NCBI GenBank assembly: GCA_963812015.1 | Contig: CAWETI010000002.1 | Coordinates: forward strand, 559,361 to 623,360 | Source: an uncultured delta proteobacterium | Lineage (GTDB): Bacteria > Desulfobacterota > Desulfobaccia > Desulfobaccales > 0-14-0-80-60-11 | DNA length: 64,000 nt | Reading direction: 5' to 3' | In this document: positions 17,449 to 27,304 of the stretch, piece after piece | How the letters are laid out: every line of letters starts with the position of its first letter | Position numbering within the stretch: position 1 is the stretch's first letter | Translations under genes and position numbers: made by a program | The notes under the pieces: model-generated | What the model was told of the DNA's origin: nothing | The model's input: the letters and a program-made list of their open reading frames with translations, nothing else | Databases searched by the model: none

Positions 17449-17480
17449 ACGGGCGGGGGTAATCCTCCCGCCCGTTTTTT
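17449..17480 (+). terminator. Rho-independent terminator after the dksA-like gene
   Basis: acgggcggg-ggtaatcct-cccgcccgt is followed by TTTTTT. Confidence 0.7.
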
Positions 17481-17616
17481 GTGGGGGGCGGGGGCAGCCC
17501 CGGATACCGCGACCCGGCGCGGCGGCGAGGGCTAAAGACCGTCGGGATTATCACTCTCCCGGAGAGCCGATCAACCTTTCCCACCTGGCTAAAGGACGCG
17601 AGGTCAAGAATCAACC

Positions 17617-18414
17617 ATGTTGACAATTATGCTGATTTATCTGGGGCTGGGGGCCGTGGTGGGGATGCTGGCCGGCTTACTCGGGGTGGGCGGGGGGCTG
17701 GTCATTGTACCCATAGTGGTCTTCACCCTGACCTGGCAGGGGGTGCCAAGCGAATACCTGATGCACCTGGCCCTGGGCACCTCCATGGCCAGCATCATCT
17801 TTACCTCGGTATCGAGTTTTTGGGCCCACCACAAGCGGGGCGCGGTGCATTGGCTGGTGGTGCGCCGGATCGTCCTGGGCATCCTGGTAGGGACCTTTCT
17901 CGGTTCGTGCCTGGCCTCACGGCTGTCCACCAACGCCCTGAAAGGCATTTTCGTGATCTTTATCTACTACATGGCGTTTCAGATGCTGACCAATATAAAG
18001 CCCAAGCCGACACGCACCCTGCCCGGGCCGCTGGGCATGTTCGGGGTGGGCAACGGCATCGGGGCGGTGTCCAGTCTCGTGGGGATCGGCGGCGGGATGC
18101 TGTCGGTACCCTTCATGGTGTGGTGCAATATGACGGTCCACGAGGCCATCGGGACCTCGGCGGCTATCGGCTTCCCCATCGCCATCGCCGGGGCGGTGGG
18201 CTATATCGTCAACGGGCTGCAGGTTGCAGGTTTGCCGGCTTATTCCCTGGGGTACGTGTACCTGCCGGCCCTGGCCGGCATTGTCGTCGCCAGCGTCCTC
18301 ACCGCGCCTCTCGGGGTGCGTCTGGCCCATAGCCTGCCCGTCGCCAAGCTCAAGCGGATCTTCGCAATCTTTCTCTTCGTTATGGGGACCAAAATGCTCA
18401 TCGGCCTGTTTTAG
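17617..18414 (+). CDS. TauE/SafE-family anion permease
   Basis: 265 aa. The duplicated GVGGGLVIVP / GIGGGMLSVP motifs and about 8 TM segments fit this family. Confidence 0.85.
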   Translation: MLTIMLIYLGLGAVVGMLAGLLGVGGGLVIVPIVVFTLTWQGVPSEYLMHLALGTSMASIIFTSVSSFWAHHKRGAVHWLVVRRIVLGILVGTFLGSCLASRLSTNALKGIFVIFIYYMAFQMLTNIKPKPTRTLPGPLGMFGVGNGIGAVSSLVGIGGGMLSVPFMVWCNMTVHEAIGTSAAIGFPIAIAGAVGYIVNGLQVAGLPAYSLGYVYLPALAGIVVASVLTAPLGVRLAHSLPVAKLKRIFAIFLFVMGTKMLIGLF

Positions 18415-18481
18415 GCCGGAGAACTCCGAGCTGGCCGGTTCATAGGCACTGGCGAAAATCCGTCCCCAAGGCGACCCATTA

Positions 18482-19438
18482 CTAGGGGTTCAGCGTCGTG
18501 CGCCGACAGGCCGGGGGCACTGCTCCAGCAGATCCGCTTATCGGCAGAATCGCCGCCTTGCGACGGTGGGCCGCAACGCTGGGGTTGAACCAGAAGATAT
18601 TCCGGCCCTTGACGCCCTCAAGGTCAGGAGTTTCGTACCACCGCCCCTTGCTCAGATGCGCCGCCCGGTAGCCGTAGCCGGTAAGAAAGTCCGCAATGGC
18701 CGCTTTGCTGGCCCCCGCGGCTTTCAGGTTCTTTTCCTCCATTTCCATCAGCCACAGCGGGGGTGAGTCCTGGATGAGCCCTTCGGCCCCCTGCAGCACG
18801 GCCAGCTCCGCCCCCTCCGCGTCCAGCTTGATGAGGTCGGGGGGGCGCAGGCCCTCGGACCTCAGGAAGTGGTCCAGGGCCACCGTCCGGCAGACCTCCC
18901 GGCCGGCCTGACCCCGGCCCGCCGGGTAGAGGCTGGCGCTGCTGTCGGCAATGTCCCCGGCGACATGGAGCACCGCCTCACCCTCCCGGTCGGCGACGGC
19001 CACGGGGTAGGCCTTGATATTCCGGTAGGCATTCAAGGCGAGGTTCTCGGTCAGCCGGGCATAGGCGTTCCGTCCCGGTTCAAAGGCCACGATTTGGCCG
19101 CGGTTGGTCAGGGCCGTGGCCGCCACCAGGGTAAAGTAGCCCACGTTGGCGCCCACATCCCAGAACACCTCGTCCCCCTCCATGAGCCGCTGCACCAGAT
19201 CGGCTTCATAGCGTTCGTGATAATGCCCGTAGAAATAGACCTTCATCTGCTCCGGGTCTTGTAAATCCAGCTTCATGCGAAAACCCTTGTCCAGCCGGAC
19301 GACGGCATACCGGTTCCCCGGCTTAAGAGCGGCATGGAGCCGCTCATACAGAAAAGCCTTGCCGTCCCGCAGGGGAAATTTGCTGAGGTACCAGCGGAAA
19401 ATACCCCGGAAGGCCGACTTGGGCCAGGAATCAGGCAT
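18482..19438 (-). CDS. FkbM-family methyltransferase
   Basis: It has VFWDVGANVGYFTL, VAFEPGRNAY and PDLIKLDAEGAELAVLQGA. The start is taken at the ATG at 19438, which avoids overlap with the upstream nitrilase gene. Confidence 0.8.
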   Translation of the reverse strand: MPDSWPKSAFRGIFRWYLSKFPLRDGKAFLYERLHAALKPGNRYAVVRLDKGFRMKLDLQDPEQMKVYFYGHYHERYEADLVQRLMEGDEVFWDVGANVGYFTLVAATALTNRGQIVAFEPGRNAYARLTENLALNAYRNIKAYPVAVADREGEAVLHVAGDIADSSASLYPAGRGQAGREVCRTVALDHFLRSEGLRPPDLIKLDAEGAELAVLQGAEGLIQDSPPLWLMEMEEKNLKAAGASKAAIADFLTGYGYRAAHLSKGRWYETPDLEGVKGRNIFWFNPSVAAHRRKAAILPISGSAGAVPPACRRTTLNP

Positions 19439-19450
19439 ATGGCTCCTTTT

Positions 19451-19481
19451 AGCTTTCAGCTGGCAGCGATCAGCTTTCAGC
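19451..19481. repeat. Family B repeat: two AGCTTTCAGC units
   Basis: agctttcagctggcagcgatcagctttcagc. The same 10-mer or its complement recurs at 20625-20648, 29398-29423 and 29529-29545. Confidence 0.6.
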
Positions 19482-19526
19482 AAAATCATAACCCATCTAG
19501 AATTTAGAGAAATCTGCCTGCTTATC

Positions 19527-20333
19527 TCACGGCAGGCGCCGGTGGCGCAGGCAGGGCAGTTCCCGGCGCAGGCGCTGGAGGCGTTCATAGTCCAGCCGGG
19601 CCAGGATCACCCCTTCGCCGTCCGGGGCCTGGGCCAGCACCAGCCCCCAGGGGTCAATGATGAGGGAGCGCCCATAGGTGCAACGTCCCGGCACGTGTTG
19701 TCCGCATTGGGCCGGGGCCACCACATACGCCAAATTTTCAATGGCCCGGGCCCGGAGCAGCACTTCCCAGTGATCCCGGCCGGTGGCCACCGTGAAGGCC
19801 GCGGGGAGCAGGAAGAGGTTGGCCCCCCGGCTGACCTGGGCCCGGAAGAGTTCGGGAAAACGCAGGTCATAGCAGATGGCCAGCCCGGCGGTAAAGGGCG
19901 CGCCCGGCAGCGCCGCGGTCACCACCTCGTCCCCCGGCTGGGTGCACTCCGACTCCCGGGAGGGCGGGGCGCCGGGCAAGTCCACGTCGAAGAGGTGCAG
20001 CTTGCGGTAGGAGGCCAGGATCTGGCCCCGGGGACCCAAGAGGAGGCTGGTGTTGTAGGGCCGGGCCTTGCCCGGGGCGTGCTCGGGGAAGGAGCCCAGG
20101 AGGAGCAGGATTCCCAGTTTCCCGGCCAGTTCCCGGAAACGGCTCACCAGGGGGCCGTCCAGTGGCTGGGCCACGGCCGCAGTGTCGGCCGGGCCCCCCA
20201 AACAGGCGAAATGCTCCGGCAAGGCCACCAGCCGGACGCCCCGGGAGGCGGCCTCCTCAACCAGGGCCTGGGCCCGGGCCAGGTTGGCCTCCATATCCGG
20301 CGTGGAATTGAGTTGTACGGCGGCAACCCACAT
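19527..20333 (-). CDS. Carbon-nitrogen hydrolase (nitrilase superfamily)
   Basis: From the ATG at 20333 it reads MWVAAVQLNSTPD. The E-K-C triad contexts are VALPEHF, YRKLHLFD and AICYDLRFPE. The longer ORF-track start reads through a repeat element. Confidence 0.85.
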   Translation of the reverse strand: MWVAAVQLNSTPDMEANLARAQALVEEAASRGVRLVALPEHFACLGGPADTAAVAQPLDGPLVSRFRELAGKLGILLLLGSFPEHAPGKARPYNTSLLLGPRGQILASYRKLHLFDVDLPGAPPSRESECTQPGDEVVTAALPGAPFTAGLAICYDLRFPELFRAQVSRGANLFLLPAAFTVATGRDHWEVLLRARAIENLAYVVAPAQCGQHVPGRCTYGRSLIIDPWGLVLAQAPDGEGVILARLDYERLQRLRRELPCLRHRRLP

Positions 20334-20380
20334 AAGCAGTAAGCAGTGATACCAAGTTTCGTTCGAAGAGCTATTTTTTG

Positions 20381-20552
20381 TAGCCGCAGGCTTTACCGTG
20401 CAAAACTTCAAATCCCCTTGAATCCCCCTTTTCCAAAGGGGGACTTTAATACCTCCCTTTGAAAAAGGGGGGCAGGGGGGATTTTTCATCCTCGGGGGTG
20501 AAACATTGGTGGTTCATGAACGTTTAGCCTGCGCCTGCACAGGTGAGACGCC
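20381..20552 (+). repeat. Family A composite palindromic repeat, contiguous reference copy
   Basis: tagccgcaggctttaccgtg..aaatcccc..cccccttttccaaaggggg..ccctttgaaaaagggg..ggcaggggggattttt..ggtggttcatgaacgtttagcc, followed by the hairpin gcacaggtgagacgcctgtgc. Confidence 0.75.
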
Positions 20553-20701
20553 TGTGCCACCTGTTTGATTGTTGCTCGGTATGAGCAGTCAGCAGATATT
20601 CCAAGATTCCGGGTACGTTATGTTTGCTGAAGGCTAAGCGCTGAAAGCCAAAACCTAAAACCTACAACTTGCACTTTCTCCCTCAGATAATTATCACAGG
20701 G

Positions 20702-22171
<1,470 letters not shown>

Positions 22172-22247
22172 GAGGATTCCAGCGCGTTATTTAAGATATT
22201 ATAGCAATTGCCAAAAGTTCTTTCCGTTATGGAACATGCTCCAGGAA

Positions 22248-22341
22248 CCTAAATCCCCCCTACCCCCCTTTTCCAAAGGGGGGAACTTAGCGGAATTCCT
22301 TTTAAAGTCCCCCTTTGAAAAAGGGGGATTTAGGGGGATTT
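22248..22341 (+). repeat. Family A repeat, short copy with terminal inverted CCTAAATCCCCC / GGGGGATTTAGG
   Basis: cctaaatcccccctaccccccttttccaaagggggg..aaagtccccctttgaaaaagggggatttagggggattt. Confidence 0.7.
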
Positions 22342-22454
22342 AAAAACCATCACTGAGAAGAATTTTTGGCAAACGCTATAACCTTAGCGCCTGGGCCGAT
22401 GGGTCTCCCTTTCACCTAACATAAGGAATCCTTACGCCATCTGCAAGCGGGGAT

Positions 22455-24137
22455 TTACGTCGGGCCGGCCACCCGGTCTTGAAACTCGGCCGGGGTCAGG
22501 GCCATGAAGCCCAGGGCCCGGCTGAGCTGCACCACCGCCGGGGGCACCAGGTGCGCCCGGGTCAATGCCTCGGCTGCGGCCAGCACCTGCCGGGTGGGGC
22601 CGTCCAGGAGGACCCGGCCGTCCAGCAGGACCACCAGGCGCCTGGCATAGGTGGCGGCGGCCCACATGGAGTGGGTCACCATGATCACCGTGTGGCCCTG
22701 GGCGTGGAGTTCCCGGACCAACCCCAGGAGGTCCTGCTGCTCCCGGTGGTCCAGGCCGGTGGTGGGCTCATCCAGGATGATCACCTGGGGGGCCAGGGCC
22801 AGGACCCCGGCCACGGCCAGGCGCTGGCGCTGACCCTTGGTGAGGGAGAAAGGGTCGTCCCGGGCCCGGTCCAGGAGATGCACCCGCATCAGGGCGGCCT
22901 CAACCCGGCGCTCCACCTCCGGGGGCGCCAGGCCCAGGAGGCGAACCCCGAAGGCCACCTCTTCCCAGACCTCGGTGGCGAAAAGTTGGTGGTCCGGGTT
23001 CTGAAAGACATAGCCCACCCGGAAATTTTCGCCCGGCTGCTGCCACACTTCCCCGTCCTGAGGCGTCAATAAGCCCCGGAGGAGCTTCAGCACGGTGGTC
23101 TTGCCGCTGCCGTTGGGCCCCAGGATGGCGGTGAGCTCCCCGGCCCGGCAGGCGAGGGAGAAGTCTTGGAAGACCGGCGGGGCGCCCGGATAGGCAAAGG
23201 TCACCCGACGCAGGGCCAGAATTTCTGGTGCCGGGGCCTCCTGGTCCGGGGCTTCGGCAGCAGGGCCGGGGGCCGGGCGGCCGGTCCACCCCAGGCTGCG
23301 GGCCTGGACCATCGCCTCGGTTAGGGTGAGGGGGAGGGTCGCCTGGCCCAGATCGTGGAACAGGGCGGGCAGTTCCGGCGGGTTGAGGCCGAGGGTGCGC
23401 AGGAGTTCCACTTCCCGCAAGATCCGGTCCGGGGGGCCGTCGGCCAGGATTGCCCCCCGGTTAAGGAGGACGATGCGGGAGCAGAGGCGGGCCAGGCGCA
23501 AATCTTCTCCCAGGAGGACCAGGGTGAGGTCCCGGGCCCGGCCGAGGCGGTCCAGGGTGGCCAGCAGTTCCTCCACCCGCACGGGGTCGAGATCGGTGGT
23601 GGGTTCATCCAGGACCAGCAGGCGGGGCGCCGACGCCAGGACCGCGGCCAGGGCCAAAAGCTGCTTCTGCCCGCCGGAGAGGGTGGCGGGGTCCCGGTCA
23701 TCCAGGCCGGCCAGCCCCATAAGGGCCAGGCACTCCCCGACCCGTTGCCGCAGCTCCTCCCGGGGCAGCGCCAGGTTTTCCGGACCGAAGGCCACCTCCT
23801 GGTCCACCCGGGTGGAGAAGAGCTGGGCCTCGAAATCCTGGAGCAGAATCCCCACCCGTCCCGCTAACTGGCGGGGCCGGCAGGTTGTGGTAAGACATCC
23901 GTCCACCTCGATCTCACCCCGGAAATCCCCCTTAATCATCCGGGGGATGAGACCCTGGAGGCAGAGGGCCAGGGTGGATTTCCCGGCTTCGCTGGGGCCC
24001 AGGATAGCCAGGCGCTCGCCGGCCTTGATCTCCAGGCTAAGCCCCTGGAATACAGGACGGGCGGCTTTCTTGTAGCGGAAATAGAGATCAGTGATCTTGA
24101 CGATAGGATCGATTGGCTGCACATGCTTACCCGTCAT
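22455..24137 (-). CDS. ECF-type ABC transporter ATPase, fused duplicated EcfA1-EcfA2 (CbiO/YkoD-like)
   Basis: 560 aa with two Walker A motifs (GPSEAGKST, GPNGSGKTT), two LSGGQ-type signatures (LSGGQKQ, LTKGQRQ) and two Walker B motifs (LLVLDEPT, VIILDEPT). Confidence 0.9.
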   Translation of the reverse strand: MTGKHVQPIDPIVKITDLYFRYKKAARPVFQGLSLEIKAGERLAILGPSEAGKSTLALCLQGLIPRMIKGDFRGEIEVDGCLTTTCRPRQLAGRVGILLQDFEAQLFSTRVDQEVAFGPENLALPREELRQRVGECLALMGLAGLDDRDPATLSGGQKQLLALAAVLASAPRLLVLDEPTTDLDPVRVEELLATLDRLGRARDLTLVLLGEDLRLARLCSRIVLLNRGAILADGPPDRILREVELLRTLGLNPPELPALFHDLGQATLPLTLTEAMVQARSLGWTGRPAPGPAAEAPDQEAPAPEILALRRVTFAYPGAPPVFQDFSLACRAGELTAILGPNGSGKTTVLKLLRGLLTPQDGEVWQQPGENFRVGYVFQNPDHQLFATEVWEEVAFGVRLLGLAPPEVERRVEAALMRVHLLDRARDDPFSLTKGQRQRLAVAGVLALAPQVIILDEPTTGLDHREQQDLLGLVRELHAQGHTVIMVTHSMWAAATYARRLVVLLDGRVLLDGPTRQVLAAAEALTRAHLVPPAVVQLSRALGFMALTPAEFQDRVAGPT

Positions 24138-24146
24138 GGTGAATAA

Positions 24147-24233
24147 TAGCCGCAGGCTTTACCGTGAACAACTTCAAATCCCCCTAAATCCCCCTTTTCC
24201 AAAGGGGGACTTTAATACCCCCCTTTGAAAAGG
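24147..24233 (+). repeat. Family A repeat, left half (interrupted by the cargo element)
   Basis: It matches 20381-20470 and ends in cccctttgaaaagg at the junction. Confidence 0.75.
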
Positions 24234-24423
24234 CGATTATTTACTTGACAAATACATATCGCTAATTTATATTCTATTTCAAGCGGTTTGACGGCCTTCC
24301 TCTGCGCCGGAGTATCCGCAGATAGCTCTCGATTTTGGTTGATATTTGGAAAAAAATAAATATTGCTCTCCGGGCAATATACCGGAGGGCAACAATAAAA
24401 AACCCATTTTAAGGGAATCAGCC

Positions 24424-25398
24424 ATGAAGATGCACGATGCCACCTTTGATGAAAAAAGGTTCCATGATGAGAACGCGGCCCGCCAATTTCTTGAGGCGAT
24501 TATCTGGCCTAACGGCCCGGTATGCCCCCATTGTGGCGCAAGTGGCCGTATTTGCCGCATTGAAGCACAGAGCAAAGAGAAAGGCAAGGGTGCGCGCCCT
24601 GGCCTGCGTGCCTGTGGCGATTGTCGCAAACAGTTCACTGTCACTGTCGGCACCGTCTTTGAACGCAGCAAGGTTCCTCTCCATAAATGGCTATTGGCTA
24701 CACATTTGATCTGCTCAAGCAAGAAAGGCATATCAAGCCACCAGTTAGGCCGCACCTTGAAAGTGACCTATAAAACGGCTTGGTTCATGTCGCACCGCAT
24801 CCGCGAAGCGATGAAGCCTGTTAACCCTGGAATGTTGGGCGGCGGGAATAATCCGGTTGAAGCCGATGAAACTTTTGTGGGAAGTAAGCCGGGGAGAAAA
24901 AAGCGCCGTGGTTATGCACATAAAAACGCCGTCCTCTCGCTTGTTGAGAGAAACGGCGCCGTCCGCTCTTTCCATGTCCCCAGCGTCAATGCCGATACCT
25001 TGAAGCCCTATCTCAAGGCCAACATCACCCCGGATGCTCACCTTATGACCGATGATGCAGGGCAATATAGGCTTATAGGCCCTGAGTTTGCCAGGCATGA
25101 TGTTGTTTGTCATAGTGCTGGGGAGTATGTGAGAGGTAAGGCGCACACGAATACGGCTGAGGGGTTTTTCAGTATCTTTAAGCGCGGCATCTACGGGGTT
25201 TACCAGCACGTTAGCCCCTTCCATCTGCACCGCTATACCACGGAGTTTGACTTCCGCTATAACCATCGTGAGAAGCTGGGCTTTGATGATACTGAGAGAG
25301 AAGCCCAAGCCCTCAAGGGCATTTCCGGCAAACGTCTGACCTATCGGCGGACTGACCAAACTTCTTTGTCCCTTCAAGAAGGGGAAGAAATGCACTAG
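24424..25398 (+). CDS. IS1595-family (ISXO2-like) DDE transposase, apparently intact
   Basis: It has an N-terminal zinc ribbon (CPHCG..CGDCRKQFTVTVGTVF) and a DDE core with VEADETFVG, LMTDDAGQY and HTNTAEGFFSIFKRG. Confidence 0.9.
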   Translation: MKMHDATFDEKRFHDENAARQFLEAIIWPNGPVCPHCGASGRICRIEAQSKEKGKGARPGLRACGDCRKQFTVTVGTVFERSKVPLHKWLLATHLICSSKKGISSHQLGRTLKVTYKTAWFMSHRIREAMKPVNPGMLGGGNNPVEADETFVGSKPGRKKRRGYAHKNAVLSLVERNGAVRSFHVPSVNADTLKPYLKANITPDAHLMTDDAGQYRLIGPEFARHDVVCHSAGEYVRGKAHTNTAEGFFSIFKRGIYGVYQHVSPFHLHRYTTEFDFRYNHREKLGFDDTEREAQALKGISGKRLTYRRTDQTSLSLQEGEEMH

Positions 25399-25543
25399 AC
25401 GCTGCCCCTTTCAAATCCGCCCCAAGAACAAACCGGAATGCGCGCTAATTACGCGATTTCGCTTTAAAACTCCATGACTTCTCGTCTACCTTTGTGCTAT
25501 GGTGACTTTGCGAGAATGACCATATCTAAGGAGACGAGAAGTC

Positions 25544-25723
25544 ATGAATAAATGCCCCTTTCAGCCCAAAAAAGATTGTCCTATTGAAAATTGCCATTTT
25601 TATATTGAATTGGCACACGAATGCGCTTTCGTTTTTACTGCAAATTCTCTTGTAAGAATTGAGAACCTTTTGCAGCGATTTTATCATGATTTTAAAAACC
25701 CACCAATCCAAATTACTGATTAA
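25544..25723 (+). CDS. Hypothetical 59-aa Cys-rich protein (below the ORF-track length cut-off)
   Basis: My translation is MNKCPFQPKKDCPIENCHFYIELAHECAFVFTANSLVRIENLLQRFYHDFKNPPIQITD. AAGGAG lies 10 nt upstream. The start codon lies in the right arm of a perfect 15-bp inverted repeat. Confidence 0.4.
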   Translation: MNKCPFQPKKDCPIENCHFYIELAHECAFVFTANSLVRIENLLQRFYHDFKNPPIQITD

Positions 25724-25725
25724 TT

Positions 25726-25896
25726 TTATTGTAAGGTCAAGGTATTGTATAGGGCAGTAATAATTCCTTGATGAGGATAAAGCCCAAAAAGGGCCTCTAA
25801 ATCTGATAGAGTTATACCACCCTCAACTTTGATGAAATCCTTAACCAAGGCAACCACTTTGTCTTGGAGGATTTGCTTTTTGCTTTGCTCTACCAT
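25726..25896 (-). CDS. Hypothetical 56-aa protein (below the ORF-track length cut-off)
   Basis: My translation is MVEQSKKQILQDKVVALVKDFIKVEGGITLSDLEALFGLYPHQGIITALYNTLTLQ. A strong AAGGAGG lies 7 nt upstream of the ATG. Confidence 0.45.
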   Translation of the reverse strand: MVEQSKKQILQDKVVALVKDFIKVEGGITLSDLEALFGLYPHQGIITALYNTLTLQ

Positions 25897-26063
25897 TTTA
25901 CCACCTCCTTAAGATGACTGATATATTTGCCGATTCAAAAATCCGTCTCGCACAAGCAAAGAGACATATCCTTACACTTAAGAAAGAGATTAGGGCTTTC
26001 CTCGAAAAGTATGCAAAAAAGACCTACGTTATTTAAACCGATCCCTCTGATTCTGATTGCTAT

Positions 26064-26681
26064 TTGCATAAAATCAAAATTACAGAGAGACCTTCTCAAG
26101 AAATCGTAGCCTTTACTACTGATATTATTGACAATCTCAGGGCAGCCCTTGACATTGCTTGGCATAATCTTGCCGTTACCGGTGGGTTTGTCAGTCCCCA
26201 ATTCGAAGCGAAGTTTCCTTTTGCTGATAATGTCACGAAGTTTAATGGTATGCTGGACAGAGGATTCAAGAATTTCTCGCCAGAGATTGTCGCGCTTGCG
26301 ATGGGGTTCAAGCCATACAAAGGAGGGGACGATCTGCTCTGGGCACTGAACAGGATATGTGCTGCAAATAAGCACCGCCTGCTTACTACCCAATTTATTG
26401 GTTTTCACAAGATTGAGGGAGGAATTACAAAGTGGGGTCCCGGAGAGGTTCCTTCTGACATGAGGTGGGATCACACAAAAAATGAGATCATATTTTTCCG
26501 TACCCATGGTGAGATATGGACTGATTGCAATATACACGTTACCTTTGTAATATCCTTTGATAAATCTATTGATGTCGTGGGACAGAAGCCAGTCACTACT
26601 ACGCTTAACGCCTTGGCTGATAAAGTCGAGAACATCTTGAAAGCTCTTGAAGGGGCGGCACAGACATTGGGGGTTGCCTAA
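26064..26681 (+). CDS. Hypothetical protein. Possibly the 3' part of a 255-codon gene (from 25914) broken by an in-frame TAA at 26034-26036.
   Basis: The 205-aa ORF has a globular-looking composition. The upstream 40 codons are in the same frame. A fully open antisense ORF (25935-26774) makes the coding strand ambiguous. Confidence 0.45.
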   Translation: MHKIKITERPSQEIVAFTTDIIDNLRAALDIAWHNLAVTGGFVSPQFEAKFPFADNVTKFNGMLDRGFKNFSPEIVALAMGFKPYKGGDDLLWALNRICAANKHRLLTTQFIGFHKIEGGITKWGPGEVPSDMRWDHTKNEIIFFRTHGEIWTDCNIHVTFVISFDKSIDVVGQKPVTTTLNALADKVENILKALEGAAQTLGVA

Positions 26682-26936
26682 GCCGATTTTGGCCTTGCCT
26701 TTTCCCATCGGCTGGCCTATTCTGTAACCATGGACCAGCCCATGAAGGACAAGCCCCAAAAGGGGAAAATCCATCCTGACGAAATCGACGTGCTTCGCAG
26801 GATGCTTACAACCCCGCCCCAGCCACGCAAAAAGGCGCAGAAAAAGGCAGAGAAAGAAGCTAAGTAACCGTTTTGCCTATTCTTCGTGTCTTTCTTGTAA
26901 AGTTTTCCAAAACATAGCATTCTTCAAGTATACCAT

Positions 26937-27012
26937 CCCCTTTGAAAAAGGGGGGCAGGGGGGATTTTTTATCATTAGGGATAAAATATTTGTGGTTCAT
27001 GAACGTTTAGCT
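26937..27012 (+). repeat. Family A repeat, right half (resumes after the cargo element)
   Basis: cccctttgaaaaaggggggcaggggggatttttt..tgtggttcatgaacgtttagc matches 20455-20529. Confidence 0.75.
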
Positions 27013-27267
27013 TCCACTCGGGGCTTATAAAAACCCCATAGCATTTGAGTTAGTTCCACTCGGGCTTTGGGTCAGGAATAAAGGTTAGACCGACACCACA
27101 ACCCAGAAACATGGCTCTGACAAGCCAGCCACCAGGAACCCTTGCCCTGTCCGTCCACCAATTAGGGTTGTCTTTAGCTTATATCTTCTCCCATTCCAAT
27201 TTTGCCATCTCATTTCTCCCCCTTTTCTATGTCTATAATCCGGTGATTATAGGCGGGAATTGCATTT

Positions 27268-27293
27268 CCCACGCAGGCTAAAGCCTGCGGCTA
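27268..27293 (-). repeat. Inverted copy of the family A leader module (tagccgcaggctttagcctgcgtggg)
   Basis: Its reverse complement matches tagccgcaggctttaccgtg at 20381 and 24147. It is internally palindromic (gcaggctaaagcctgc). Confidence 0.55.
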
Positions 27294-27304
27294 CCAATGA
27301 TACT

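Larger units (their letters stand above)
24234..26936 (+). mobile_element. 2.7-kb low-GC insertion carrying an IS1595-type transposase plus orphan ORFs. Flanked by 14-15 bp direct repeats, with imperfect terminal inverted repeats.
   Basis: The direct repeats are CCCCTTTGAAAAGG (24220-24233) and CCCCTTTGAAAAAGG (26937-26951). The inverted repeats are TACTTGACAAATAC (24242-24255) and the reverse complement of 26917-26930, TACTTGAAGAATGC (11/14 matches). The family A repeat is split exactly at the junctions. Confidence 0.6.

Noticed and set aside
25399-25430. CCCCTTTCAAATCC right after the transposase stop (about 25411-25424), as a possible alternative right boundary giving a simple ~1.2-kb IS with a CCCCTTT-type duplication.
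   Set aside because: It matches the left duplication at only 10/14. No inverted repeat between the corresponding ends could be found. The family A repeat resumes at 26937, not here.
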